Assembly: GCA_965200315.1 (NCBI GenBank)
Contig: OZ241362.1
Span: 2,432,001-2,496,000 of the forward strand
Source: Candidatus Latescibacterota bacterium
GTDB taxonomy: Bacteria > Latescibacterota > UBA2968 > UBA8231
Direction: 5' to 3'
Length of the DNA stretch: 64,000 nucleotides
A program made the translations under genes and the position numbers. Below the pieces are notes generated by a model. It saw only the letters and a program-made list of their open reading frames with translations. It was not told where the DNA came from and did not search any database. Of this stretch, positions 45,964 to 55,793 are shown piece by piece. Numbering within the stretch: position 1 is the stretch's first letter; the number at the start of each line of letters is the position of its first letter.

Positions 45964-46755
45964 ATGAGCCTCAAAGAGCGCGTCTATCACTTTATCGAGC
46001 CAGACTATGAGCCGGGGCGCATCGTCGATGTGGCTATCATCGTCCTGATCCTGCTCAACATCGTCGCCCTGATCCTCGAAACCGTTGAGCCTATCTACAA
46101 CCTCAATCGCGCCGCCTTCGAATTTTTTGAGGATTTCTCGCTGACCGTGTTCGCGACTGAATACCTAGTACGCCTGTGGGCCATTACCGCTAACCCGCGA
46201 TTTTCGCGGCCCGTGGCTGGGCGCATCCGCTTTGCCTTAACACCCCTCGCCATCATCGACCTGCTAGCCGTTCTCCCTTCCCTACTACCACCCCCGACCA
46301 TGGACGCACGCTTTATCCGCGTGATACGCGTTCTGCGGATCTTCCGCGTCCTCAAGCTGGTGCGCTACTTCCGCGCCTTGCGCTTGCTCGGCCACGTCAT
46401 TGCCGACCGCAAAGAAGAGTTGGTCAGTATTTTCTTAGTGCTCCTGATCCTGTTGGCTCTCTCCTCGTCGCTGATGTACCTCGCCGAGCACGAGGATCAG
46501 CCCGAGGTCTTTACCAGCATCCCGGCTACCATGTGGTGGAGCATCGTCACCTTGACCACCGTCGGCTACGGCGACACCTATCCGATCACCCCCCTCGGCC
46601 AGACCATCGCCGCCATTATCGCCATCTTGGGGATCGGCATGTTCGCGCTGCCGGCCGGCATTTTAGGCGCGGGATTCGTCGAGGCCTTAGCGGCTCACCG
46701 GTCAGAAGACCCGGAGCGCCGCTGCCCGCACTGCGGCGAGCTAATCGACCCATAA
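45964..46755 (+). CDS. Voltage-gated potassium channel family ion transporter
   Basis: S4-like RFIRVIRVLRIFRVLKLVRY, pore TTVGYGD, C-terminal CPHC. Confidence 0.93.
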   Translation: MSLKERVYHFIEPDYEPGRIVDVAIIVLILLNIVALILETVEPIYNLNRAAFEFFEDFSLTVFATEYLVRLWAITANPRFSRPVAGRIRFALTPLAIIDLLAVLPSLLPPPTMDARFIRVIRVLRIFRVLKLVRYFRALRLLGHVIADRKEELVSIFLVLLILLALSSSLMYLAEHEDQPEVFTSIPATMWWSIVTLTTVGYGDTYPITPLGQTIAAIIAILGIGMFALPAGILGAGFVEALAAHRSEDPERRCPHCGELIDP

Positions 46756-46787
46756 AAAAGCGGCCGGGGCAAAAGCCCCGGCCGCTT
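46754..46787. terminator. Intrinsic terminator between convergent genes
   Basis: Perfect 13-bp stem AAGCGGCCGGGGC-AAAA-GCCCCGGCCGCTT with A-tract on the left. Confidence 0.88.
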
Positions 46788-46810
46788 CCCTTCCCTCATT
46801 TTTTGCGCCA

Positions 46811-47836
46811 TCAAGCAAGCGGCAGTTCCACCCGCCGCCCTTCCGCCATGCTGATCTGCACGGCCTCGGTAAACTCCATGTACTTAACCCCGTCGGCGAA
46901 GCTGGTGTGGGTCACGGGCCGACCGTCGCGGATGGCATCGACAAAATCCTCTTCCACCTGCCAGCCGTCGCGCGGATGCTCGGGGATGTCGAAGGACTGG
47001 TACTCGTCGTCGCCCTCGCCAGCTATCCATACCCCGCTCTCGTCCATCTTAAACGAGCCTTTGGTTCCGTAAAAGGCAAAGCCAAAGGAAGGGCCTAAGC
47101 GCACGACGCTGCTTAAGTGATAGACAGCCGTCGAGCCGCTTTCCATCTCGGCGACAATGCCCAAGCTCTCCGGCACATCGGCCGGTGCTTTCTTTCCCGT
47201 CTCTTCGTCGATCCGCTCGGTCGTAAACGTCTTGCCGTAAGCCAGCACGGCCTTTTCGTGCCCGGCATAGCGCCGCACGGTCTCGTTGCCAATGCCCATC
47301 GCCATGATGTTGTTGCCCGAAAGATCGCGCCGCTGCCGCCAGTGCAGCGGCGCGTCCGGGTCGTAGCCGCCGGAGAGGCCGGTGAAGTGAATTTCCAACA
47401 AGTCGCCGAAAAAACCGCTGTGCAGCTTGTCGAGCAAGAGCGGCTCGGCCGACAAGTAGAAAGGTGCCGGCACGATCATTGTCACCTTGTCGGTCTGCTG
47501 AGAGGCCGCGTACATCTGCCGCGCCTCAGCCAGATTCATGCACATCCGCGCCTCGGTCAGCACGTGCTTGCCTGCTTCAAGCCCGGCCAGCGTCATCGGA
47601 CAGTGCATATAGGGCCACGTGCCGATGCAGATCGCATCGACATCGTCGCTGGCGATCAATGCTCGCCAGTCCTCAAAGACCTGTGGGATGCCGTACTCGT
47701 CGGCGATTTTTTGGCCCGATTCGCGCGAGCGATTGCAGACGGCGGTTATCTCGACCCCGTCAATGCCTTGGAAACCGGGAATATGCTGCAAGCGGGTATT
47801 GGCCCCCGCGCCTATTAGCCCTATGCGAAGCGTCAC
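46811..47836 (-). CDS. Gfo/Idh/MocA family oxidoreductase
   Basis: RIGLIGAG, DVDAICIGT, AGKHVLTEA. Confidence 0.9.
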   Translation of the reverse strand: MTLRIGLIGAGANTRLQHIPGFQGIDGVEITAVCNRSRESGQKIADEYGIPQVFEDWRALIASDDVDAICIGTWPYMHCPMTLAGLEAGKHVLTEARMCMNLAEARQMYAASQQTDKVTMIVPAPFYLSAEPLLLDKLHSGFFGDLLEIHFTGLSGGYDPDAPLHWRQRRDLSGNNIMAMGIGNETVRRYAGHEKAVLAYGKTFTTERIDEETGKKAPADVPESLGIVAEMESGSTAVYHLSSVVRLGPSFGFAFYGTKGSFKMDESGVWIAGEGDDEYQSFDIPEHPRDGWQVEEDFVDAIRDGRPVTHTSFADGVKYMEFTEAVQISMAEGRRVELPLA

Positions 47837-47878
47837 AGCCGTTTGCCTCCTGTTGGTGTCAGATAGCGGCGGAAAAAA

Positions 47879-48061
47879 TTAGAGTTTTATCACGGCGATG
47901 AGGATGCCGGTCAAGGCCCCCATCGTAGTAATAAGCCACGCAAAGCGAGAATCGATGCGCTTGTTGGTCTCGTTAATTTGCTTGTTGGTATCATCAATAC
48001 GGCTGTGTACCAAGCCGTCGGGTGCGGGAGAATGCGTGAGCTGAGCACTGGGGTCTGTCAC
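47879..48061 (-). CDS. Small coiled-coil protein with C-terminal TM helix
   Basis: GAGGAG RBS before GTG; RIDDTNKQINETNKRID then WLITTMGALTGILIAVIKL. Confidence 0.6.
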   Translation of the reverse strand: MTDPSAQLTHSPAPDGLVHSRIDDTNKQINETNKRIDSRFAWLITTMGALTGILIAVIKL

Positions 48062-48195
48062 AAAGTATCTCCTCGGTGAGACAATATAGCCGGAGGCCGC
48101 ACAGGAATCAAGCGAACCTCGGCCCGTGTACAGCGAGACAAAAACCCTGAGTGAAGCGTTCTCAAATGGCTAGTATCAATGGTCCGCCGCGCCTG

Positions 48196-49656
48196 TCAAC
48201 GCCACTCGTAAAGCGACTTCCTCGCTAGCTGGTAATCACCGGCGGGCCGGTTAATCGCCGTCGCTCCGCCCGAGGCCACTTCGATTAGACGGGAGCACAC
48301 CGGCTCGTACGCGGCTCTAGGTGCCACCGCGCCCTTGGCCACCAAGATGCGCTGGTGCTCAGGTTGAATCCCCGCACAGGTAATCTGGTGAATGCTGTTG
48401 GGACAGGCGCGCTCGCTGTTGAGTAAGAGCAGCCCTTTGCTCCCGGCCTGTTCGACTTGTACAACCGCAGTCGGCCCCTGATTGAAATAGCGACCCCCAC
48501 CGTGCCGGCGCTCGCGCTCTTCGTACGACCCGTCGTGCAGCGTCCGCACTCGGCCAGCGATTTCCAAGGTCGGCCCGTGCATGTCGTCGGTCTTGCCGCC
48601 TACGCGGAGTTGAACCTGTCCACCGACGCCGGCCACAAAGCACGCCTGCGCGCTTTCGATGTCCCAGATCGACACGACCCAGCCATCGGCCTCCTGCGCG
48701 AGCAATTGCTCCAGCACAAACGTCGAGTCCCCAGACGAGCCGCCGCCGATGTTGTCGCCCATGTCGAGCAAACACACGGGCGTCTCCTCGCTCGCCAGCG
48801 CCAACCGCACGGCCTCGGCCGGATCGGGCACCGCAGGCTTTAGCTGGTCGCGGCTGGCCCACATCTGCTCGCCCAACCGCTCGCCCTCGCGTTGCGCTGT
48901 TTCTTCGTCTCCGTCGGCAATCACCACAATCGCCGGCCCCATATAGGGCACATCCGCGTACTGGTAGCCCCCGGCAATACTACACCCGAGGATCCTCGCC
49001 TCGGACTCCAACGCGATCGCCGCCTGCATCAGCGGCTGCATGGGCACTACGCTCGTGTTGTGGAAGTAGATGTTGAATAGCACTTCTGGCTTAACCAGCG
49101 CCATCTTGGGCTGGACCTCGCCGCGAATCTGCCGCGTCAAAATGGACGCGGCCTGCAAGCCCCGTTCTCGCTGGTCGATGTGGGGGTTGGTCTTGTAGAT
49201 GATCAAGGAGTCGGCCGCGGCCACCAGCTCCGGGGGCACGTTGGCGTGGTAGTCGTGGGTCACGGCGATGGGCAAGTCGCCCACCAGCGCACGCACCCGG
49301 CGCACGGTCTCTCCGTCGGCTTGGGGGAATCCCTCGGCGACCATGGCCCCGTGCAGTGCCAAGAACACCCCGTCGAGCTTGGGGGCCGCCGCAAGTCCGC
49401 TGAGGATGCGCCCGACAAAGTGCTCGTATGTAGCAGCAGTCAGTGGGCCGCCCGGCATCGCCGAAGCGGCTAGCAGCGGATAGAGTTCATAGCCCAACTC
49501 CTCGGCCCCAGCGATGTAGCCGGCAATCTCGTGGAAGGTTCCCGCGTACTGGCCGATCAACGCCGCGCCTTCGCAAACCCCGAAATCCTCCAATTGCGTC
49601 GGCTGCGAATAGAACGAATTCGACTCGTGGGAAAAACCCGCTATTGCAATGCGCAT
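48196..49656 (-). CDS. M81 family metallopeptidase (MlrC-like)
   Basis: HESNSF, LALHGAM, DYHAN, YKTNPHID, DMGDNIGGG. Confidence 0.92.
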   Translation of the reverse strand: MRIAIAGFSHESNSFYSQPTQLEDFGVCEGAALIGQYAGTFHEIAGYIAGAEELGYELYPLLAASAMPGGPLTAATYEHFVGRILSGLAAAPKLDGVFLALHGAMVAEGFPQADGETVRRVRALVGDLPIAVTHDYHANVPPELVAAADSLIIYKTNPHIDQRERGLQAASILTRQIRGEVQPKMALVKPEVLFNIYFHNTSVVPMQPLMQAAIALESEARILGCSIAGGYQYADVPYMGPAIVVIADGDEETAQREGERLGEQMWASRDQLKPAVPDPAEAVRLALASEETPVCLLDMGDNIGGGSSGDSTFVLEQLLAQEADGWVVSIWDIESAQACFVAGVGGQVQLRVGGKTDDMHGPTLEIAGRVRTLHDGSYEERERRHGGGRYFNQGPTAVVQVEQAGSKGLLLLNSERACPNSIHQITCAGIQPEHQRILVAKGAVAPRAAYEPVCSRLIEVASGGATAINRPAGDYQLARKSLYEWR

Positions 49657-49727
49657 TCAGTACCACCTTTCTATTTATAGCTATTGCCTCGCTTGCCGTA
49701 GCATATAGTGCTATCTTTGCCAAACTT

Positions 49728-50789
49728 ATGAACCGTTGGCAAAAGATATTTACCTATAAAAAGACCAAGCGCCTGACGCAAATGGTCGCCTGTGGCGGCT
49801 GAGCCTCCAAGCTGCGCCCCGACCAGTTGCGGAGCGCCCTGGCAGGTCTGCCAGCAAACACTGATCCCAACCTGCTCGTCGGCTTCAACCTCGCCGACGA
49901 CGCCGGCGTCTATCGCCTCAACGAGCGCGAGGCCCTCGTGCAGACCGTCGATTTCTTCACCCCCATCGTCGACGATCCCTATACCTTTGGGTCCATTGCC
50001 GCGGCCAACGCGCTTAGCGACGTGTACGCCATGGGCGGCAAGCCTCTCACCGCGCTCAACATCGCGGGTTTTCCCGCCGGCGATCTCGATCCCCAAGTGT
50101 TCAACGAGATTCTGTGCGGCGGCCAAGCCAAAGCGGCCGAAGCCGGCTGTACTCTCGTCGGCGGGCACACCGTGCAAGACCCAGAGCTCAAGTACGGCCT
50201 CGCCGTCACCGGCCTCGTCCACCCCGATCGCATCTACACCAATGCCGGTGCTCAGCCCGGCGACCGCCTTATCCTCAGCAAGAAACTGGGCACCGGGCTG
50301 ATCGCCAACGCCTTCAAGGCCGACCACCTCGCCGAAGCCGACCTCGCCGAGGCCGTGGAATCCATGCTCGCGCTCAACAGGGAAGGCACCGAAATCCTGC
50401 CGGACTTCTCAGTCCACGCCTGCACCGACATCAGCGGCTTCGGCCTTTTGGGGCACGCCGCGGAAATGGCCGAGGGCAGCCAAGTGGGGATGATTTTTTA
50501 CGCGGCCCAAGTTCCGGCCCTAACGCACAGCTTAGCGCTGGCCGCCAAGGGTCTCCAAGGCGGCTCCCGCGACAACCAGCGCTTTCTCGCGCCGAAGGTC
50601 GCAATCGCCGAGGGCGTCGATCCGGCCCGCGCCAATCTCCTCTTCGACGCCCAGACCTCCGGCGGCCTGCTCATCGCCGTGGCCGCAGCCCAAGCAGAGG
50701 CCCTCCTCCGTGCCCTCCAACTAGACGCTGCCGCGCTCGTCGGCGAGGTAACCGAAGAAAATCCCGGCCGCATCTTCGTCGAGCCGTGA
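49728..50789 (+). CDS. selD: Selenophosphate synthetase SelD, Sec-containing (UGA 49800-49802)
   Basis: KRLTQMVACGG-U-ASKLRPDQL in frame with the 49827..50789 ORF (DDAGVY, TVDFFTPIVDDP, ANALSDVYAMGG, GGHT, TDISGFGLLGH, DAQTSGGLL). Exact start uncertain. Confidence 0.95.
49814..49854 (+). promoter_or_regulatory. Candidate SECIS region of selD (two adjacent hairpins)
   Basis: GCGC-C-CCG-ACCAGTTG-CGG-A-GCGC (49814-49837) and CTGGCA-GGTC-TGCCAG (49839-49854). Confidence 0.55.
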
Positions 50790-51892
50790 CCGCACCTGTG
50801 CCAAACCATCGCCCCCGCATCCTCTTCCTCGCTCGCCGCTACCCGCCCACCATCGGCGGCATCCAGACCCACTGCTACGCGCTCCACGCCCAACTCGTGC
50901 AACAGGCCCAAGTCCGCCTCGTCGCACTGGGCCGCCAGTCGCTTTTGCACCTGACTTGGTTTTTGCCCTATTGCTTTGTGGTCGCCTTGTGGGCCGTGCT
51001 CTTTCGCCGCGTCGATGCCGTGTACTTCGCCGACGGAGTTGCCGCTTCGTTGGCTCCGCTCTTACGTCCTTTGGGGCCAGCGCGATTTGTCACCACTGTT
51101 TATGGCCTCGAAATGACCTACAAAAATCCCCTCGCACGCGGGCTGATGCAGTGGGGAGTCAGCGCCTGCGACAAGGTCGTCGTCATCAGCGAAAACAGTC
51201 GCCGCATTACCGAGGCAAGCGGAGTTCCGGAGGCCAAACTGGAGATCATCTACTTAGGAGTCGAACCGCTGGAGTTGCCACCAGACGAGTTGACAGCGGT
51301 CCGAGCGCGCTTTGCGGAGGAACACGGGCTGCGCTTTGGCCAAGACCGCATCCTGCTGCTTTTCGGCCGCCAGGTCCCCCGCAAGGGCATGGCCGAATTT
51401 CTGGAAAAGGGGATGCCCCTGCTCGACGCGGATATCCGCCTCCTGATCTGCGGCCCCCTCGGCAGCGCAACGGAGCGCTTGCAAGCGCTCCGTTGCGAAC
51501 AGGGCTTAGCGGACCGCGTCGTCCTGCTCGGGCCAGTCCCCGACAATGTGCTGGCCATGCTGCGCACCAGTTGCGATCTTTTTCTGATGCCCAACATCCA
51601 CATACCCGGCGATGTCGAAGGCTTCGGCCAAACCCAGCTCGAATGTATGTACGCCGGCACCCCAGCCGTGGCCTTTGCCGTCGATGCCCTGACCGAGAGC
51701 GTACGCGAGGGCGGATTTCTCGTCGACCCCGAGGACTACCCGGCCTTCGTCGAGCAGATCCACCGCTTCTTCTCCCTCAGTCCAACAGAACGCGCCGATC
51801 TAGGCCGCCAGTGCCGCGCCTATGTCCGACGCGAATACGCTCAAAAAAAAATCGCCGCCCAATACATGGACCTTTTTACCGGAAGGGCCTAA
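50786..51892 (+). CDS. Glycosyltransferase family 4
   Basis: GTG 50786 overlaps selD stop; YPPTIGGIQ, GRQVPRKG, DVEGFG...LE. Confidence 0.87.
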   Translation: MTAPVPNHRPRILFLARRYPPTIGGIQTHCYALHAQLVQQAQVRLVALGRQSLLHLTWFLPYCFVVALWAVLFRRVDAVYFADGVAASLAPLLRPLGPARFVTTVYGLEMTYKNPLARGLMQWGVSACDKVVVISENSRRITEASGVPEAKLEIIYLGVEPLELPPDELTAVRARFAEEHGLRFGQDRILLLFGRQVPRKGMAEFLEKGMPLLDADIRLLICGPLGSATERLQALRCEQGLADRVVLLGPVPDNVLAMLRTSCDLFLMPNIHIPGDVEGFGQTQLECMYAGTPAVAFAVDALTESVREGGFLVDPEDYPAFVEQIHRFFSLSPTERADLGRQCRAYVRREYAQKKIAAQYMDLFTGRA

Positions 51893-51897
51893 ACGCC

Positions 51898-52947
51898 ATG
51901 CACTATACCGAACTCGACACTCCCGCTCTCTGCGTCGATCTCGACGTACTCGAAAAAAATATCCGCGACCTACAACGCGCCTGCGACCAGCTCGAAATCG
52001 GCCTGCGCGTCCACACCAAGACCCACAAGACGCCGGCCATTGCACACATGCAAATCGCCGCCGGGGCCATTGGCATCGTCAGCCAGAAATTAGGCGAGGC
52101 CGAGGCCATGGCCGACGGCGGCATCCAAGACATCCTGATTCCCTACAACATCGTCGGCCAGCCCAAGCTAGCTCGCCTGACGCGCCTGATCCAAAGCGGC
52201 AAAAGCACCCTGACGGTCGCTGCCGACTCCGCAGCCACGGTTGACGGGCTGTCGCAGGCGGCCATGGCCGCTAGTTGCCGTATCCGCGCAATCGTGGAGA
52301 TGGACACCGGCGGCCGCCGCGTCGGCACCCAATCGCCCGCCGACACCCTCGCGCTGGCCCAGCGCATTGACCGGCTGCCCGGGCTAGCCTTTACCGGCGT
52401 GATGACCTATCCCAGCAGCGAGCGCGTCCGCCCCTTCCTCGACGAGGTGCGCGAGGGGGCGCACAAAAGCGGCCTGCCGCTGCACATCGTCAGCGGCGGC
52501 GGCACCGGCAGCGAAACCGTCTCCAAATCCCTCGGCTGCACCGAGACTCGCATCGGCTCGTACGCCTATGAGGGCATGACCCGCGTGGGCAAGGGCGAAG
52601 ACCTCGACCCTACCCGCTGTCCGCTGCGCTTGGTCGTCACCGTGGTCAGCACCTCCCGCCCAGGGCAAGCCATCGTCGATGCCGGCCAGAAGGCCTTCAC
52701 CAGCTATCCGCCAACCCCTTATGGCTACTGCGTCGAGCGTCCTGAGCTTTTTATTAAAGGCATGTCCGTCGAGCACGGCCACGTCGATACCACCGCCGCA
52801 AACAGCCCAGTCAAGGTCGGCGATATCCTCTCTTTCATCCCCCTGCACGGCGGGATGACCACCAACCTCCACGACCGCCTCTTTGCCCTCCGCAATGGCG
52901 AGATTGTCGAAGAATGGGAAGTCGCCGGCCGCGGGCGCACTCAGTAG
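51898..52947 (+). CDS. PLP-dependent alanine-racemase-fold enzyme (D-threonine aldolase/DSD1 family)
   Basis: ATG 51898: LDTPALCVDLD, RVHTKTHK (PLP Lys), SGGGT, VDAGQK, SVEHG. Confidence 0.88.
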   Translation: MHYTELDTPALCVDLDVLEKNIRDLQRACDQLEIGLRVHTKTHKTPAIAHMQIAAGAIGIVSQKLGEAEAMADGGIQDILIPYNIVGQPKLARLTRLIQSGKSTLTVAADSAATVDGLSQAAMAASCRIRAIVEMDTGGRRVGTQSPADTLALAQRIDRLPGLAFTGVMTYPSSERVRPFLDEVREGAHKSGLPLHIVSGGGTGSETVSKSLGCTETRIGSYAYEGMTRVGKGEDLDPTRCPLRLVVTVVSTSRPGQAIVDAGQKAFTSYPPTPYGYCVERPELFIKGMSVEHGHVDTTAANSPVKVGDILSFIPLHGGMTTNLHDRLFALRNGEIVEEWEVAGRGRTQ

Positions 52948-52980
52948 AGCCGATATATACCCCTACTCCAGAAGGACGCC

Positions 52981-53856
52981 ATGGAAATCCAACCCCAACC
53001 GCAGATATTCGACGTCAATGAGCAAAACTTTGAAGAGCTGGTCCTCCAAGGCTCTCTAGAGCGCGTCATCGTCGTTGATTTTTGGGCCCCTTGGTGCGGC
53101 CCTTGCAAAACTTTAGGACCCATCCTCGAAGACGTCGTCGCGGCACTCGGCCCCGGCGTGGCCCTCGCCAAGGTCAACGTCGATGAAAACCAACAGCTCG
53201 CCATGGCCTTTCGGGTCCAAGGCATTCCCGCAGTCAAAATCGTCAAGAACGGCCAGCTAGCCCAAGAATTCACCGGCGCACTGCCTAGGGAGCAGATCGA
53301 GGCCATTCTTCGCCCTTTGGTCGCCGATGCCCCCATCCTCGAAGCCCAAGTGATTGACCAAGCTGACGACTTAGCGGCTACCGGCGACCTCGACGAGGCC
53401 GCCCGCCAGTACGAGCAGGTGCTTGAGGAAAAGCCCACCGACGGCCCCGCCCTCCTCGGCCTAGCGAAGATCCACCTACAGCAGGGCCGCCTTGAGACCG
53501 TGCAGGAACTGGTCCATCTCGTCGAGGCGGACGCCCCCGAATACCCACAAGCCCAAGCACTGCTCACCCAGATCGAGTTTGCCGACCAGTGCCAGCAGGC
53601 TGGGGGCCGCACCGCCTGCGCCCAGCGAGTGCTCAGCCAGCCAGACGACCAAGAGGCCCGCTACTTATTGGCCTGTTGTGCGGCCTCCGAGGAAGATTAC
53701 GAAACCGCGTTGCAGGAATGGCTACACATCGTGGGAAAAAAATCGAACGGCGACCAAGCCGCCAAGGACGCCATGGTCGCCGTCTTCCACCTACTCGGCC
53801 GCGACAATCCGCTGGTGGCCGATTACCAGCGCAAACTCTACCAAGCCCTGTACTGA
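52981..53856 (+). CDS. Thioredoxin-TPR chaperedoxin (CnoX/YbbN-like)
   Basis: VDFWAPWCGPCK plus C-terminal TPR region ending YQRKLYQALY. Confidence 0.88.
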   Translation: MEIQPQPQIFDVNEQNFEELVLQGSLERVIVVDFWAPWCGPCKTLGPILEDVVAALGPGVALAKVNVDENQQLAMAFRVQGIPAVKIVKNGQLAQEFTGALPREQIEAILRPLVADAPILEAQVIDQADDLAATGDLDEAARQYEQVLEEKPTDGPALLGLAKIHLQQGRLETVQELVHLVEADAPEYPQAQALLTQIEFADQCQQAGGRTACAQRVLSQPDDQEARYLLACCAASEEDYETALQEWLHIVGKKSNGDQAAKDAMVAVFHLLGRDNPLVADYQRKLYQALY

Positions 53857-53863
53857 GCACACC

Positions 53864-54919
53864 TTGCAGATTACTCGCCTCGAACGCACCGTCTGTTGCG
53901 TACCCTTCCTCCCGGGCATCCTGCCCCCGCCCGAGTACGACGAGCCCGCGCCCGGCTATCCCGAGCCGCTCTCGGCCCGGCGTCAAGACGTCCTCAGAAT
54001 CCACACCGACCAAGGACTAACCGGCCTCGGTATGAGTGGACCGTACTACGGCGACCGCGCAGAGCGACCGCCCGATCTGATCGGCAAAGATCCCAACACC
54101 TTTGAGCCACGCACCTTGCGCGGCGGTGGCTGGAACATTGCCCTCCTCGACCTGATCGGCAAAACGATCGGCTGGCCGCTGTGCCGCATTTTCGGCGGCA
54201 AATTACAGGACAAGGTGCTGGTTGACTACTGGATCAGTCGGATGAGCACTGCGGATTCCGCCCGCGCAGCCCAACGCGCCGCCGAGCTGGGTTTCCACGG
54301 CATCAAGATGAAGTGCAAGTGGGAAGATGCCAATGTGGAGGATCGGGTCCGCGCCACCCTTGAAGTTGCGCCGCACCTGCGGGTGGTGCTAGACCCCAAC
54401 GAGCGCTTCTACAACCTCAAAAACGCCCTTGACCTAGCCCGCCGGCTCGACGGACTCGACGTGGTCTTTGAAGATCCCTTCCCCAAAACCGATCTCAACG
54501 AATATCGCCGCCTCAAGGAAGAGACCAGCGTCCTCGTCGCCCCGCACTTCCAAAACCCCCGCCAGATCATCAACGCAGTGTACCTCAAAGCGGTGGACGC
54601 CTTTAACGTCGCCCCCTCGGATTGGGATTTTCTCGACATGGCGCACATTGCCGCAAGCGGGGACATCCCCGTATGGCAAGCCTCCAACGTCGATCTGGGG
54701 ATTTTCGACGCCTTCCGCCTCCACGCCTCGGCCGCGGCACCCAACTGCACTTTTGGCTCCGACCTCTGCGGCAACTTCGCGCACGAGCACAGCCTGCTCA
54801 AAGAGCCGCTGGTTCAAGACGGCTACGCCATCGTGCCCACCGGACCGGGTTTGGGCGTGGAATTGGACGAGGAGGCCGTCGCCTGCTATGCCATCTCCGC
54901 GCAGCAGTGGCCCGGCTAG
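53864..54919 (+). CDS. Mandelate racemase/muconate lactonizing enzyme family protein
   Basis: ALLDLIGK, KMK, LDPNE, FEDP, VPTGPGLGVELD. Start TTG 53864. Confidence 0.85.
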   Translation: MQITRLERTVCCVPFLPGILPPPEYDEPAPGYPEPLSARRQDVLRIHTDQGLTGLGMSGPYYGDRAERPPDLIGKDPNTFEPRTLRGGGWNIALLDLIGKTIGWPLCRIFGGKLQDKVLVDYWISRMSTADSARAAQRAAELGFHGIKMKCKWEDANVEDRVRATLEVAPHLRVVLDPNERFYNLKNALDLARRLDGLDVVFEDPFPKTDLNEYRRLKEETSVLVAPHFQNPRQIINAVYLKAVDAFNVAPSDWDFLDMAHIAASGDIPVWQASNVDLGIFDAFRLHASAAAPNCTFGSDLCGNFAHEHSLLKEPLVQDGYAIVPTGPGLGVELDEEAVACYAISAQQWPG

Positions 54920-55686
54920 GCCGGAACCAACGCCTCTGCACCAAAGATCATCGGATAGCCTGCGCCCGTATGCACGGAACGCGAGGCTCCGTCCATATAG
55001 GCGATGCTAAAGGCGCGGCGCGACTGACCCGTCGGATTGATGCCCGAGCGGTGCAGCAGCAGGTTGTTGAGCAAAATCGCTTCGCCCGCCTCGGCTTCGA
55101 GGTCGATTTCCGCGCCCGGCGGCGCACACTCGGCTAGCTGCTCTTCTGAAGGAAAGTGCCCTTCGGTGATCACCCCGTGCTTGTGGCTGCCGGGGACCAC
55201 CTGCATACAGCCGTTTGCCACCGTCGCCGGATCGAGCGCGGTCCACACCGTGGTCGTCGGATTGTAATCCACGCCCCAGCCCACGCCCACATCTTGATGC
55301 CAAGGCAGTATCGTGCCCTTTTCCGCTGGCTTGTTCATAAACATCGCCCGGAAGATCGACACGTCCTCGCCGATATAGCACCGGGTGATCTGGCGAAAGA
55401 GCGGGTGCTGCATGTAGGCGAGATAGACCGGGTCCTGCTCCAAGCCCATGATCTTGCGGTACTGAAGCGTGGTGCCCTTGTGGCCGGGAGAGACGGTGGG
55501 CATCTTCGCGTAGTCGGCGTCCTCCCCGTCGAGCTGAAACTCCATCTCCGGGTAGGGAATCTCGCCGAGCATGATCGCGTCGATGCGCTGCTGTAGTTCG
55601 GCCAATCCCGCGCTGTCGAGGACCTTGCCGAGCCGCACGTACCCGTGCTCCTCAAAGTGGGTGTGGTGTTCGTCGCTGTATTTCAT
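54916..55686 (-). CDS. Phytanoyl-CoA dioxygenase (PhyH) family Fe/2OG enzyme
   Basis: PWHQD, WTALD, NGCMQVVPGSHK, LHRSG, RRAF. Confidence 0.9.
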   Translation of the reverse strand: MKYSDEHHTHFEEHGYVRLGKVLDSAGLAELQQRIDAIMLGEIPYPEMEFQLDGEDADYAKMPTVSPGHKGTTLQYRKIMGLEQDPVYLAYMQHPLFRQITRCYIGEDVSIFRAMFMNKPAEKGTILPWHQDVGVGWGVDYNPTTTVWTALDPATVANGCMQVVPGSHKHGVITEGHFPSEEQLAECAPPGAEIDLEAEAGEAILLNNLLLHRSGINPTGQSRRAFSIAYMDGASRSVHTGAGYPMIFGAEALVPA

Positions 55687-55793
55687 TAGCTACTTCCCTC
55701 CGTTTCCCTAGAAATGGACAATGTTCTCCCCGGTGTCAAATTTTTCTACCTTTCTACCCGCTCGTCCGCTCCGTTCCAAACGAGGAATTCACC

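Noticed and set aside
50114-51897. Long N-terminal extensions on the GT4 (592 aa) and PLP enzyme (663 aa) ORFs
   Set aside because: Arg-rich off-frame readings over selD and GT4; real starts are near 50786 and 51898.
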